Source of the DNA: an uncultured Pseudobdellovibrionaceae bacterium
GTDB lineage: Bacteria > Bdellovibrionota > Bdellovibrionia > Bdellovibrionales > UBA1609
Assembly: GCA_964389375.1 (NCBI GenBank)
Contig: CAYMDP010000004.1
Coordinates: 18,507-82,506, forward strand
Direction of reading: 5' to 3'
DNA length: 64,000 nt
Positions 9,449-17,953 of the stretch are shown here, in pieces. The number at the start of each line of letters is the position of its first letter. Positions within the stretch are counted from its first letter, which is position 1. A program made the position numbers and the translations under genes. Under the pieces are notes generated by a model. The model had not been told where the DNA came from and ran no database searches. It was given only the letters and a program-made list of their open reading frames with translations.

Positions 9449-10531
9449 ATGCCTTATTCGGTTAAGGATATTTATCCATCCGACCCCTTAGGACAATCTC
9501 AAAAAGGAATTCCAACGGGACGAGATGTCGAGTGGGAACCCTTGGTGGATTACCGCCGAAATGGGGTCAGTGAAAATACGGTTCACGGAGCCTTGGCTTG
9601 GTATTCGGGCAACAAGTTGATTCATTCCTTTGGGGGAAACGTTCTGTGTTATGGCCGAAGTATGATGAAGCCCTTTTATATCAAGGTTTTTTCGAAAGAA
9701 CTGGAGGCCGTGACAGATTGGCGCCAAAGAGCCATTAGTATTTCAAGTCATAACGGCACTGCAGAACACGTCGAGGTCTCTCAGTCTCTTTTAAGCGAAA
9801 GTGAATGGGGCTTGATGCAAACCCCTCTTGATTTGCCATTGGTGCAATTTGGCAGACAAGTTCGCAGACCCCGGCGCTGGTTTAATAATTCTTCTGGCCA
9901 CCATGCCGCAATTTTAAAAGGCTGTAGACTTAAAGGATGGAATCGCGCCGGCTACACTTTGCCAAGCCATCCACTTTTCGAAGAATATCTAAAGATCGTT
10001 CGAAGTTACTTAGGCGAGAATTTTAAGGCCCTTCGAGTAGCCAAAGACGGCGATGGGCTTCCGACCTGCTCGATGACAGTGAACGAACTGGCTCAGTGTT
10101 ATGCAGGCCTTGCGAAAAGAAAAAACGAAGACTGGATCTGGGAGAGTTTTATTCGTCATCCTGATTTAGTTGGGGGCTTTAATCGACTCGATACAACGGT
10201 CATTAAGTCCGGACGGGGAAAAGTGATTGCAAAAGAAGGTGCGGATGGTTTGCTTGGAATGGCCATCGAGCATCCCGATTATCCTGATGGTCTTGGTGTT
10301 GTGATTAAAATAGCTCATGGCTGGAATCCCCAAGCGACTTGGTATGTGGCTCGAGGGATTTTGGGAGTTTTAGGAATTGAACTTAGAAATCCCTATCCTT
10401 TAAAAAGGCAAAAAGCTTTTTTAGTTCCGGGCGTTGTTCCACCGAATCTATTAGAAAAACTTAAAAGGGTTTTGACTTGGGACGAGTGGGATCCTGATCA
10501 TGACCGCTGGTATGGAGAAACGAATGTCTAA
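9449..10531 (+). CDS. Asparaginase_II (PF06089-like) family amidohydrolase homologue
   Basis: The ATG at 9449 has GGAG 8 nt upstream. Blocks ENTVHGA, RSMMKP, SSHNGTAEH, YTLPSHP, HPDLVGG, AKEGADGLLGMA and GVVIKIAHG are collinear with Rhizobium-type asparaginase II as I recall it. Confidence 0.65.
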   Translation: MPYSVKDIYPSDPLGQSQKGIPTGRDVEWEPLVDYRRNGVSENTVHGALAWYSGNKLIHSFGGNVLCYGRSMMKPFYIKVFSKELEAVTDWRQRAISISSHNGTAEHVEVSQSLLSESEWGLMQTPLDLPLVQFGRQVRRPRRWFNNSSGHHAAILKGCRLKGWNRAGYTLPSHPLFEEYLKIVRSYLGENFKALRVAKDGDGLPTCSMTVNELAQCYAGLAKRKNEDWIWESFIRHPDLVGGFNRLDTTVIKSGRGKVIAKEGADGLLGMAIEHPDYPDGLGVVIKIAHGWNPQATWYVARGILGVLGIELRNPYPLKRQKAFLVPGVVPPNLLEKLKRVLTWDEWDPDHDRWYGETNV

Positions 10532-10943
10532 CTCAATTCACAGTAAAAAAGCCCCAGAACCTGTAGGGCCCTATCCACACGCAAGGCGTGTAGGGGATTT
10601 TATTTTTGTTTCCGGCATGGGCCCAAGAAAACTTGGGAGTAAAGATATTCCAGGAGTTTTTACTGATGCCGAAGGCACAGTTGTTGCTCATGACATCGAA
10701 GTTCAGACCAGAGCCACAATCGAAAACATTCGTCTGGTTTTGGAAGAGTGCGGAGCGGGACTTGAAGACATCGTGGATATGACCGTTTTTTTAACTCACA
10801 TGAAAGAAGACTTTAAAACCATGAACCGAGTTTACGCCGAGTACTTTTCTGAAAAAGCTCCGACTCGGACCACAGTCGAGGTTTTAAGTTTACCGACACC
10901 GATAGCCATCGAATTAAAGGCCATTGCCTTTCGTCCAGTTTAA
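10524..10943 (+). CDS. RidA/YjgF family deaminase (AmnD-like position)
   Basis: The ATG at 10524 follows GGAGAAACGA. APEPVGPYPHARRVGDFIFVSG and TRTTVEV are typical RidA blocks. It overlaps the upstream stop by 8 nt. Confidence 0.85.
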   Translation: MSNSIHSKKAPEPVGPYPHARRVGDFIFVSGMGPRKLGSKDIPGVFTDAEGTVVAHDIEVQTRATIENIRLVLEECGAGLEDIVDMTVFLTHMKEDFKTMNRVYAEYFSEKAPTRTTVEVLSLPTPIAIELKAIAFRPV

Positions 10944-11049
10944 TTGATTTTCGGCCCTCTTTTAAAGCCAAATACTCAGGGACGTCTCAATTTAAGCCGA
11001 CACCTTATTATCAAAGATGATGAATCTTTTGTTCAAAAGGGAGTCAGGG

Positions 11050-12084
11050 ATGAGAATCCTTTTAGTATTACTAGCCAGCGTATTTTCATTTTCAAGCTTC
11101 GCCGAAAAATCAGTCGCAAAAGCGAGTTGGGAGACTTTGCCCTCGAAGTCCTGGGAGAAGATTCAAATTGAAGATTGGATTTCCGCAAAATTAGCTCAGC
11201 AAATTAAGCGAGTTTTAAATTCTGACGAGTTCTTGGTGACGGCTCAGGTGAGCTTGCTTTCAGAGGTCGAAAAAAACAGAACCTGGCAGCCCAAAGCTTC
11301 GGATATTCAAAAATTTGGAGTAGCGCTTCGATTGCCTCAAGGTCACAATGTCAGTGGACTTCCAAAAGATATTTTTAAACGAATCGACCGAATTCAAGTT
11401 CAAATTCAAATTCCAAGCAGAAGCTCTACCGCTGAAGAAATGTTGATCCAAGCTCTTCCTGCACAAGTGTTGACCTTCGTTCATCCGGCTAAGGTCAAAC
11501 TAGAGTTAACTCGAGTTTCTTTGTGGGGTGGAGGTTTCTGGAAGAAGCTTCTGGCTCTGGATCAAACCGAAAGAATTTTGACTTATCTGACTCTTTTGGT
11601 TTTGGCTGTTATAGCCTTCGTATTTCTTCAGTTTAAAAAAATGTGGGTTTTTCTAAAAAATGACCAAATGCAGAGCCTGCCAAGTTCTAACAAATCGGAA
11701 TTCATTGAAGAGTTTCACTGGCCTGAGATTGAGATTAAAGTACTATCGAGATGTCACCCGGTTTTTCAGTATTCAGATCAAGTGTTAAAACAAGAGCTTT
11801 CGAGTTTTAGTTATTCGGAACTGATGGATCTCGTTGCCGGACTTAGTGGCCTTGATCAAACCGAGTGTCTACGAATCTTGGATCAAGTGGATCCGGTGAT
11901 TTCTAAGGTCTTACTAAACGAGATCAAAGATCTGCCGGAGGTCGGTCAAAGACAGAGAGCCAATAAATCAAAGGCCCTTTTGCAAAACCTATCGCATCGC
12001 TTAAGCCAATCGTCTTCAGCGAAATCTTTTGCTCTGCCTCAGGCCAAGGTAAATCTTTTGAAGGCGTTTTCGATTCACACCTAA
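11050..12084 (+). CDS. Exported/membrane hypothetical protein
   Basis: Internal ATG at 11050 (MRILLVLLASVFSFSSFA signal peptide) after GGGAG. One central TM segment (ILTYLTLLVLAVIAFVFLQF). No family recognised. Confidence 0.6.
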   Translation: MRILLVLLASVFSFSSFAEKSVAKASWETLPSKSWEKIQIEDWISAKLAQQIKRVLNSDEFLVTAQVSLLSEVEKNRTWQPKASDIQKFGVALRLPQGHNVSGLPKDIFKRIDRIQVQIQIPSRSSTAEEMLIQALPAQVLTFVHPAKVKLELTRVSLWGGGFWKKLLALDQTERILTYLTLLVLAVIAFVFLQFKKMWVFLKNDQMQSLPSSNKSEFIEEFHWPEIEIKVLSRCHPVFQYSDQVLKQELSSFSYSELMDLVAGLSGLDQTECLRILDQVDPVISKVLLNEIKDLPEVGQRQRANKSKALLQNLSHRLSQSSSAKSFALPQAKVNLLKAFSIHT

Positions 12085-13176
12085 ATCAGAATGCCCCGTC
12101 CGTGATTCAGACCGAAAATGAACTAATTTTTTTTCTGCATCTAGGAAAACTTCCAGATCATCAACAAATCCAAAGGTGGAACTTTTGATTTCAAAATGAA
12201 GGCGTCCTGATTCGTCGAGAATCAACTTCGAACCCTTAATTTTTAAGATCTCTTCTCGAAGAGCAAGAAACGCGTCCTCTGGCTTTCCTTCATAGGTCAA
12301 AGCCTCGATATGAAACTTTGAGTTTGAATCTTCCATGGAGTTGACACAATTTGGGCTACCAGGGCAAAGCGGCCAAGTCGAATGAAGGTGATTCGACTTT
12401 TCTTCGCAAGATATGGAGTCAATATGAATCACATGGTCAATCTTCGCCCCATTCATCTCCCGTAAGATTTTGATTTCCGAAGGGGCAAGAATTTCTCCAA
12501 ATTTTTTAAAACCACTATAAGAGATCACTCCTTGGTACCAGCTAAACATCTTTCGATAGGTGAAGACAGCAAACTCCAACTCTTTTGCCGCATTAAAATG
12601 CAAGACCATCTGATCAATATCGGGATCCGCTTCGATATGCTCTGAGAAACTAGCCAGAACTCGGTCATAGACTTTGCCCTGCAAAGTTATGGAGTCCAGC
12701 TTCGAGGTATATTCCAGTTCTTTTAAGCGAAGAGGTAAGCTTAAATAGAAGTAAAGCGAATCAAAATAGATTAGAGATTGTGAGCTGGATTCGCTTTTAT
12801 AAAGGCGATCTGATTTTTTAAAAAAGTTTGAATCTCGAATTAAGTAGTCTTCAGATTGACCTTGGATCTTCCAGTGTTGGGATTTAAAGTCTGTTCTAAG
12901 TTCAAGAGAAGATTTTGCCTGCTTAAGCGGAGTAAAGCGCCTTAACAGACTTGAGCCCCAGTCATCAGACAATTTAATGAGGAGTTCTCCCTGACAGAGT
13001 TCTGCGGCTCTCTTAGGTATAGATTGAGGATGGGCCTGAAGACTTAAGCTCTCTGAGGGCGGAGAAAAATTTTTTCCACTTTGGGCCTTGGGCCTAAGGT
13101 CCGCAATTGCACAGCCTGCAAGGGCTCCTCCGAGGAGAGCGGTCAATCCTAATGATTTTTTAAGAGGTTTTGTCAT
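12016..13176 (-). CDS. Lipoprotein with C-terminal DUF1499-like domain
   Basis: Start taken at MTKPLKKSLGLTALLGGALAGC (lipobox LAGC), preceded by AAGGA. CPGSPNCVNS resembles the DUF1499 signature. The 3' end overlaps the convergent gene by 69 nt. Confidence 0.6.
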   Translation of the reverse strand: MTKPLKKSLGLTALLGGALAGCAIADLRPKAQSGKNFSPPSESLSLQAHPQSIPKRAAELCQGELLIKLSDDWGSSLLRRFTPLKQAKSSLELRTDFKSQHWKIQGQSEDYLIRDSNFFKKSDRLYKSESSSQSLIYFDSLYFYLSLPLRLKELEYTSKLDSITLQGKVYDRVLASFSEHIEADPDIDQMVLHFNAAKELEFAVFTYRKMFSWYQGVISYSGFKKFGEILAPSEIKILREMNGAKIDHVIHIDSISCEEKSNHLHSTWPLCPGSPNCVNSMEDSNSKFHIEALTYEGKPEDAFLALREEILKIKGSKLILDESGRLHFEIKSSTFGFVDDLEVFLDAEKKLVHFRSESRTGHSDLGVNRKRLQKIYLGLRQSKRFR

Positions 13177-13285
13177 CACGTCCTTCTTGTTTTGATCCCT
13201 TTGGGTATACACCGCGCTGAATATTTTTCCAGATGAGAAAGTTCATGCGTGTGTCTGATCAGACTTTTGTTAAGATCCTTAGCCT

Positions 13286-13918
13286 ATGCTTTGCCCCTTA
13301 TGCTTATCAAGATCCTTTGAAGGGTTTCAGAAGGATTTATTTTATCGCTGCAGCGAATGTTACATAATTTTTAAGGACTCTTCTTTGTATCTAGATCCCG
13401 AAGAAGAGAGTCGGCGTTACAAGCGCCACAACAACAGCAGAGAATGTCGGGGATACGTGGAATTCCTAACTCCCGTATTTAACGAAGTCCTAAGTCATAT
13501 TCCTTCTCCGGCGCGAGGCTTAGATTACGGATGTGGGCCCGGGCCAGTCTTAGCCGAGCTTTTGCTTGAAGCGGGCTATCAGATGGAGCTGTATGATCCG
13601 TTTTTTAAGCCAGAATTCTCCCACTTCGAAAAACACTCGTTTGATTTTGTCACTTGCACTGAGGCCGCTGAGCATTTTTATAAACCCAGCGAAGAATTTG
13701 ATCGAATCTTTTCTCTTTTGAAGCCAAGGGCATACTTGGTCTTGATGACGGAGTTGTTTACTGAGGAAAAGTCCCTGAAGGACTGGTACTACGCCAAAGA
13801 TCCGACCCACGTGGTGTTTTTTTCGAAGCAATCCCTTCAGTGGCTTGCAGAAAAATACAACAGTGAGCTTGAAATTAAAGACAATCGAATCGGATTGTTT
13901 CGTCTTCGGGCAACCTAA
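13286..13918 (+). CDS. Class I SAM-dependent methyltransferase with N-terminal Cys4 zinc ribbon
   Basis: CPLC...CSEC at the N-terminus. GLDYGCGPGPVLAELL is SAM-binding motif I. 210 aa. Confidence 0.75.
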   Translation: MLCPLCLSRSFEGFQKDLFYRCSECYIIFKDSSLYLDPEEESRRYKRHNNSRECRGYVEFLTPVFNEVLSHIPSPARGLDYGCGPGPVLAELLLEAGYQMELYDPFFKPEFSHFEKHSFDFVTCTEAAEHFYKPSEEFDRIFSLLKPRAYLVLMTELFTEEKSLKDWYYAKDPTHVVFFSKQSLQWLAEKYNSELEIKDNRIGLFRLRAT

Positions 13919-13977
13919 GCGCCTATATCCAGTACTTTGAGCGCATAGCGAGACGAATGTTTTGATCAGTAATTCTT

Positions 13978-14093
13978 CCCCTTTTTTGCTTATTATTTTT
14001 TGTTAAATTTAACTTGCTCCTCTTCGAACTGGCCTGAAGCCAGTCCTTCGTCGTCGCAAATTAAATTTAACAAAAAATTCCGGCGCAAAAGGG
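13978..14093. repeat. Long AT-rich imperfect inverted repeat (about 116 nt hairpin)
   Basis: TTTTTTGTTAAATTTAA (13996-14012) is perfectly complementary to TTAAATTTAACAAAAAA (14061-14077). The stem extends inward 4 bp (TTGC/GCAA). Outer pairing is CCCTTTT..GC with GCAAAAGGG. There is an inner mini-hairpin GGC-CTGAA-GCC. Confidence 0.7.
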
Positions 14094-14215
14094 ATGAGAA
14101 CTATTGGGAAAGGCACTAGATCTTGGGTGGGTTCTTAAATCGCAGAGCAGTCGAAAGGCTAGTCTATAGATTTTGCTCTACATGGATTTGGCTAAGCTCA
14201 GTTAGACTATAAGCT

Positions 14216-14764
14216 ATGAACAGACATGGCTTTGCCTGGGTTCTTTTAATTTTATTTCTACTGCCGTTTCAGGCATTTGCTGAGGGCACAACCTTTGTTG
14301 GTTTGACCTACGGACTGGCTGTTCCTGATGCCAAAAATACTAAGATTCATCAGATGTATGGACTTGTCGGTGGAGCGCAAATCGCGGCTAATGTTGGGGT
14401 TGGTGGATATCATATGATGACTAACTCTGAGAGTGGCCCCAATAACGGAAAATTTAGTTATAGTATTACGGGCATCGAAGTTAGAACTTACCTTTCGACG
14501 GGTCCAAAACTTGTTTTTATTGGACTTCGAGGCGGAGTTTCTAAAGTCACTTCGACTCATCTTGAGGAAGAGATTATTTTTTCTCCCTATCACTGGGGCT
14601 TGGTCTCGGGTTTCTACTTTCCCTTTTATAAACTTCTTCACTTTGGTTTTGAGGGAAGTTATCTGGGTTTTCAACGCTCCGATACAACTAGCGGCAGCGA
14701 AGAGATTTTGTTTCCGGCCTTTAATGCAATTAGCTTCTTGGCCGTTCTCAGCATTCATTTTTAA
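14216..14764 (+). CDS. Small outer-membrane beta-barrel-like protein
   Basis: Signal peptide MNRHGFAWVLLILFLLPFQAFA, an alternating hydrophobic strand pattern and a terminal aromatic residue (..LSIHF). Two overlapping track ORFs are rejected (see the rejected list). Confidence 0.6.
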   Translation: MNRHGFAWVLLILFLLPFQAFAEGTTFVGLTYGLAVPDAKNTKIHQMYGLVGGAQIAANVGVGGYHMMTNSESGPNNGKFSYSITGIEVRTYLSTGPKLVFIGLRGGVSKVTSTHLEEEIIFSPYHWGLVSGFYFPFYKLLHFGFEGSYLGFQRSDTTSGSEEILFPAFNAISFLAVLSIHF

Positions 14765-14808
14765 TTTTTCTTGCGCCCATTTCGAGCCCGTGTTTGTATC
14801 CCAAATCT

Positions 14809-15642
14809 ATGACTCAATTAACTGTGTTGAAGCCTTATTTTTTGTATGGAACGGCCTGGAAAGAAGAGCGCACCGCGGACTGTGTTCGAGCAGCCCTTGA
14901 AAGCGGCTTTCGGGCTATCGATACCGCCAATCAAAAGAAGCACTACCGTGAAGACTATATGGGCGAGGCTTTAAAGGGTCTCTTTGAAGAAGGGCTTGAT
15001 CGCAAGACTTTGTTTTTGCAAAGCAAGTACACCTATCAAAGAGGACAAGATCACCGGCTTCCTTATGATCCCGTTGCGCCTATTTCTGAGCAGGTTTTAT
15101 CTTCTTTCGAGAGCTCATTAAAAAACCTGCACACGGACTATTTAGACTCTTATCTTCTGCATGGGCCCCACAATCCAATTTCGGTCTCGGATCAGGATTT
15201 TGAAGCCTGGAAGACAATGGAAGGGCTTTTTGAAAATGGGAAAACTAAGTCTATCGGCCTAAGTAATGTGAGCTTAAATCAGCTCAAAAGTTTTTGTGAC
15301 TTCGCCAAGGTCATGCCGTCTTTTGTGCAGAATCGTTGTTATGCGAATCGAGGCTGGGACAAAGGGGTCAGGGAGTTTTGCAAAGAGAGGGGAATCGTCT
15401 ACCAAGGCTTTTCGCTTTTAACTGCAAATCCAGAAGTTTTAAATCATCCGCGGCTTCAGCAAATCGCTCAGCAAAAGAAACAATTGCCTCAACAGATCAT
15501 TTTTCGATTTTGCCTTCAGATTGGGATGTTACCGATTACAGGCACAACAAATCCAAATCATATGAAGGAAGACCTGGGGATTTTTTCTTTCGAGCTTTCA
15601 AGTCAGGAAGTTTCTGAAATTGAAGAGCTGGGTTTAAGTTAA
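14809..15642 (+). CDS. Aldo/keto reductase
   Basis: YGTAWKEE, AIDTANQKKHY (Asp/Tyr region), LLHGP and GLSNV are AKR-family blocks. The start is ambiguous: TTG at 14794 or ATG at 14809. Confidence 0.8.
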   Translation: MTQLTVLKPYFLYGTAWKEERTADCVRAALESGFRAIDTANQKKHYREDYMGEALKGLFEEGLDRKTLFLQSKYTYQRGQDHRLPYDPVAPISEQVLSSFESSLKNLHTDYLDSYLLHGPHNPISVSDQDFEAWKTMEGLFENGKTKSIGLSNVSLNQLKSFCDFAKVMPSFVQNRCYANRGWDKGVREFCKERGIVYQGFSLLTANPEVLNHPRLQQIAQQKKQLPQQIIFRFCLQIGMLPITGTTNPNHMKEDLGIFSFELSSQEVSEIEELGLS

Positions 15643-15648
15643 ATTTTT

Positions 15649-16128
15649 ATGAAAGAGACCTCTTCTTCTCCGAACTACATCACAACTGAAGGCTTTGCGC
15701 GCCTTAGGGAAGAACTAAAAGAGCTTCTTTATACCGAGCGCCCTAAAGTTGTTGAGGTGGTCTCTTGGGCTGCAGGCAACGGGGATCGCAGTGAGAATGG
15801 CGACTATATCTATGGAAAAAGACGACTGCGTGAAATTGATCGAAGGATTCGATATCTCACAAAGCGTTTAGAATCTGCAGAAGTCATTGATCCCAGCACA
15901 ATAAAAACCTCGCAAGTGGTCTTCGGAGCCCGGGTATTGATCTCGACTGAGGATGGGGAAGAGAAGACCTATCAGATCGTCGGCGAAGATGAAATCGACC
16001 CCGAAGGCGCCAAAATAAGTTGGCGAAGCCCCATGGCGACCGCCCTTCTTGGCAAAAAAGAAGGGGATGAAACCCTTGTGAAACGCCCAAAGGGCGATAT
16101 TTGGGTGGAAGTCCTTAAAATATCCTGA
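15649..16128 (+). CDS. greB: Transcription elongation factor GreB
   Basis: ITTEGFARLREEL...ERPKVVEVVSWAAGNGDRSENGDYIYGKRRLREIDRRIRYLTKRL is almost collinear with E. coli GreB. 159 aa. Confidence 0.9.
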   Translation: MKETSSSPNYITTEGFARLREELKELLYTERPKVVEVVSWAAGNGDRSENGDYIYGKRRLREIDRRIRYLTKRLESAEVIDPSTIKTSQVVFGARVLISTEDGEEKTYQIVGEDEIDPEGAKISWRSPMATALLGKKEGDETLVKRPKGDIWVEVLKIS

Positions 16129-16225
16129 TTTTTCGAATTTTTTAGGGACAAATCAGGATTCTTCATGATACACAGCATCACAAACCTAGGGGTTTCTTTG
16201 ACCCCACAACTTAAAGAGACCCCAA

Positions 16226-17953
16226 TTGAAAACCTTTAAAGAACTCCCTTTGCGTGAAGAATTACAGAAAGCCATTACCGAAATGGGCTTCGAAGAAACT
16301 ACAGCGATTCAAGCTGAAGCCCTTCCTATCTTATTGAATAAAGAGACAGATTTCCTAGGACTTGCCGCCACCGGAACAGGCAAAACGGCCTCTTTCGCAA
16401 TTCCACTTTTGCAAAAAATTAAGAAAGATCAAAAGGGCGTTCAAGCCTTGATTCTTTGTCCAACTCGAGAGCTTGCTCTTCAGGTGGCCGGACAGATTGA
16501 TATGCTTGGAAAATATTGTGGGATTCGCTCGGTCTCTATTTATGGTGGAGCCGCTTATGGGGGCCAACTTGCAGGCCTAAAAAATGGTGCACAAATTGTC
16601 GTTGGAACTCCTGGCCGGGTTTTAGATCACGTCGAGCGCAAAACCTTAAAGCTGGATCAGTTGAAAACTCTTATTTTAGATGAAGCTGATGAAATGATTT
16701 CGATGGGCTTTAAAGATGATATGGAAGCCATTTTGTCGGGTGTTTCATTAGATCAGTGTAAGACTTGGTTGTTCTCAGCAACCATGAATCCTCAGGTCAG
16801 TCGCTTAACTGAAAAATATCTTAAAAGTCCGGCTCGTGTTCAGGTGAACCGCACTGAAGTTGTGCCCGTCGGAATTGAGCAGATTTATTACTATTCAAAA
16901 GAAGCCAATAAGCCCGAGATTCTTTGTAAACTTATTGATATGGCAGAAGACTTCTATGGTCTGATTTTTTGTCAGACAAAAGCTTCGGTTGCAGACCTAA
17001 CTCGGTTTTTAAATACAAAAGGTTACAAAGTCGATTGTCTTCATGGCGATATGACTCAACAGGCTCGAGAGCGCACGATGCTTGCCTTCCGCAATCGCAC
17101 TTTAAAGATTTTAGTTTGTACGGATGTGGCTTCTCGCGGACTTGATGTAAAGGATATTTCACATGTCGTGAATTACTCTTTGCCTCGTGAACTTGAGAGC
17201 TATGTTCACCGAATTGGTCGAACGGCGCGAAGTGGAAAAACAGGATTTGCGATGAGTTTAGTCAGCCCAGCTCATTTTCACTTAGTGTCTAAGCTTGAGC
17301 GCATCACAAAATCAAAAATGAAAGAAGGCGTTGTTCCGACTCGAAAAGAAATCGGAGCGAAGGTTTTATCTAGCCATCTTGAGGGCTTTAAAGGTGCTCA
17401 GAATGAACAATCTAGTCGTGCTATGGAGCTATTGGATGCTTCTTGGAAAGAAACTCTTGCAGGCATGACGACAGAAGAAGTCGCGGCCAGATTTTTGGCA
17501 ATGCAGTTTCCTTCTTTGTTCTCTGGCCTAGATCGCGCAAAAGAGCATCAAGTTGCGCCTTTAAGAGTGAGGGATGATCACGACAACAGGGGCACTCGTA
17601 AAGGTCGCCCAAGTTCTGGTGGCGGCGGTTTTAGAAGAAGAGATGATGATCGTGGCCCTAGAGGCGGAGATGAGCGTCGTGGAGACGGACGACGACCAGA
17701 GGGCCGTCGTTTTGAAGATCGCCGCAGTGATGATCGTCGACCAGACGACAGCAGAGGTGAAGATCGCAGACCCGGCGGACGCCCAGCTTTTCGTTTTAAA
17801 AAACAAGGCGGCGGCACTACGGGTGGAGCAAGACGATCTAATGCAGGAGATGATACTGGTGGATCATCTACGACTCGCCGAAATCGCTCTGGATCCGAAA
17901 CCAGACGCCCAAGCAGCGGCGGGTTTGGTTCGCGCCCAGCCTCTCGCTCTTAG
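16226..17953 (+). CDS. DEAD-box ATP-dependent RNA helicase with R/G/D-rich C-terminal tail
   Basis: Motif I AATGTGKTA, motif II LILDEADEM, SAT (FSATM) and motif VI HRIGRTARSG. TTG start. The last ~130 aa are low-complexity RGG/RRD repeats. Confidence 0.9.
   Translation: MKTFKELPLREELQKAITEMGFEETTAIQAEALPILLNKETDFLGLAATGTGKTASFAIPLLQKIKKDQKGVQALILCPTRELALQVAGQIDMLGKYCGIRSVSIYGGAAYGGQLAGLKNGAQIVVGTPGRVLDHVERKTLKLDQLKTLILDEADEMISMGFKDDMEAILSGVSLDQCKTWLFSATMNPQVSRLTEKYLKSPARVQVNRTEVVPVGIEQIYYYSKEANKPEILCKLIDMAEDFYGLIFCQTKASVADLTRFLNTKGYKVDCLHGDMTQQARERTMLAFRNRTLKILVCTDVASRGLDVKDISHVVNYSLPRELESYVHRIGRTARSGKTGFAMSLVSPAHFHLVSKLERITKSKMKEGVVPTRKEIGAKVLSSHLEGFKGAQNEQSSRAMELLDASWKETLAGMTTEEVAARFLAMQFPSLFSGLDRAKEHQVAPLRVRDDHDNRGTRKGRPSSGGGGFRRRDDDRGPRGGDERRGDGRRPEGRRFEDRRSDDRRPDDSRGEDRRPGGRPAFRFKKQGGGTTGGARRSNAGDDTGGSSTTRRNRSGSETRRPSSGGFGSRPASRS

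Noticed and set aside
14258-14900. Two long ORFs (14258-14758 minus, 166 aa; 14433-14900 plus, 155 aa) overlap the 14216-14764 gene.
   Set aside because: Only the 14216 frame has a clean signal peptide, a beta-strand-like alternation and an aromatic C-terminus. The other two have no RBS, show odd basic low-complexity composition, and the second runs across the next gene's start. They are treated as shadow ORFs.
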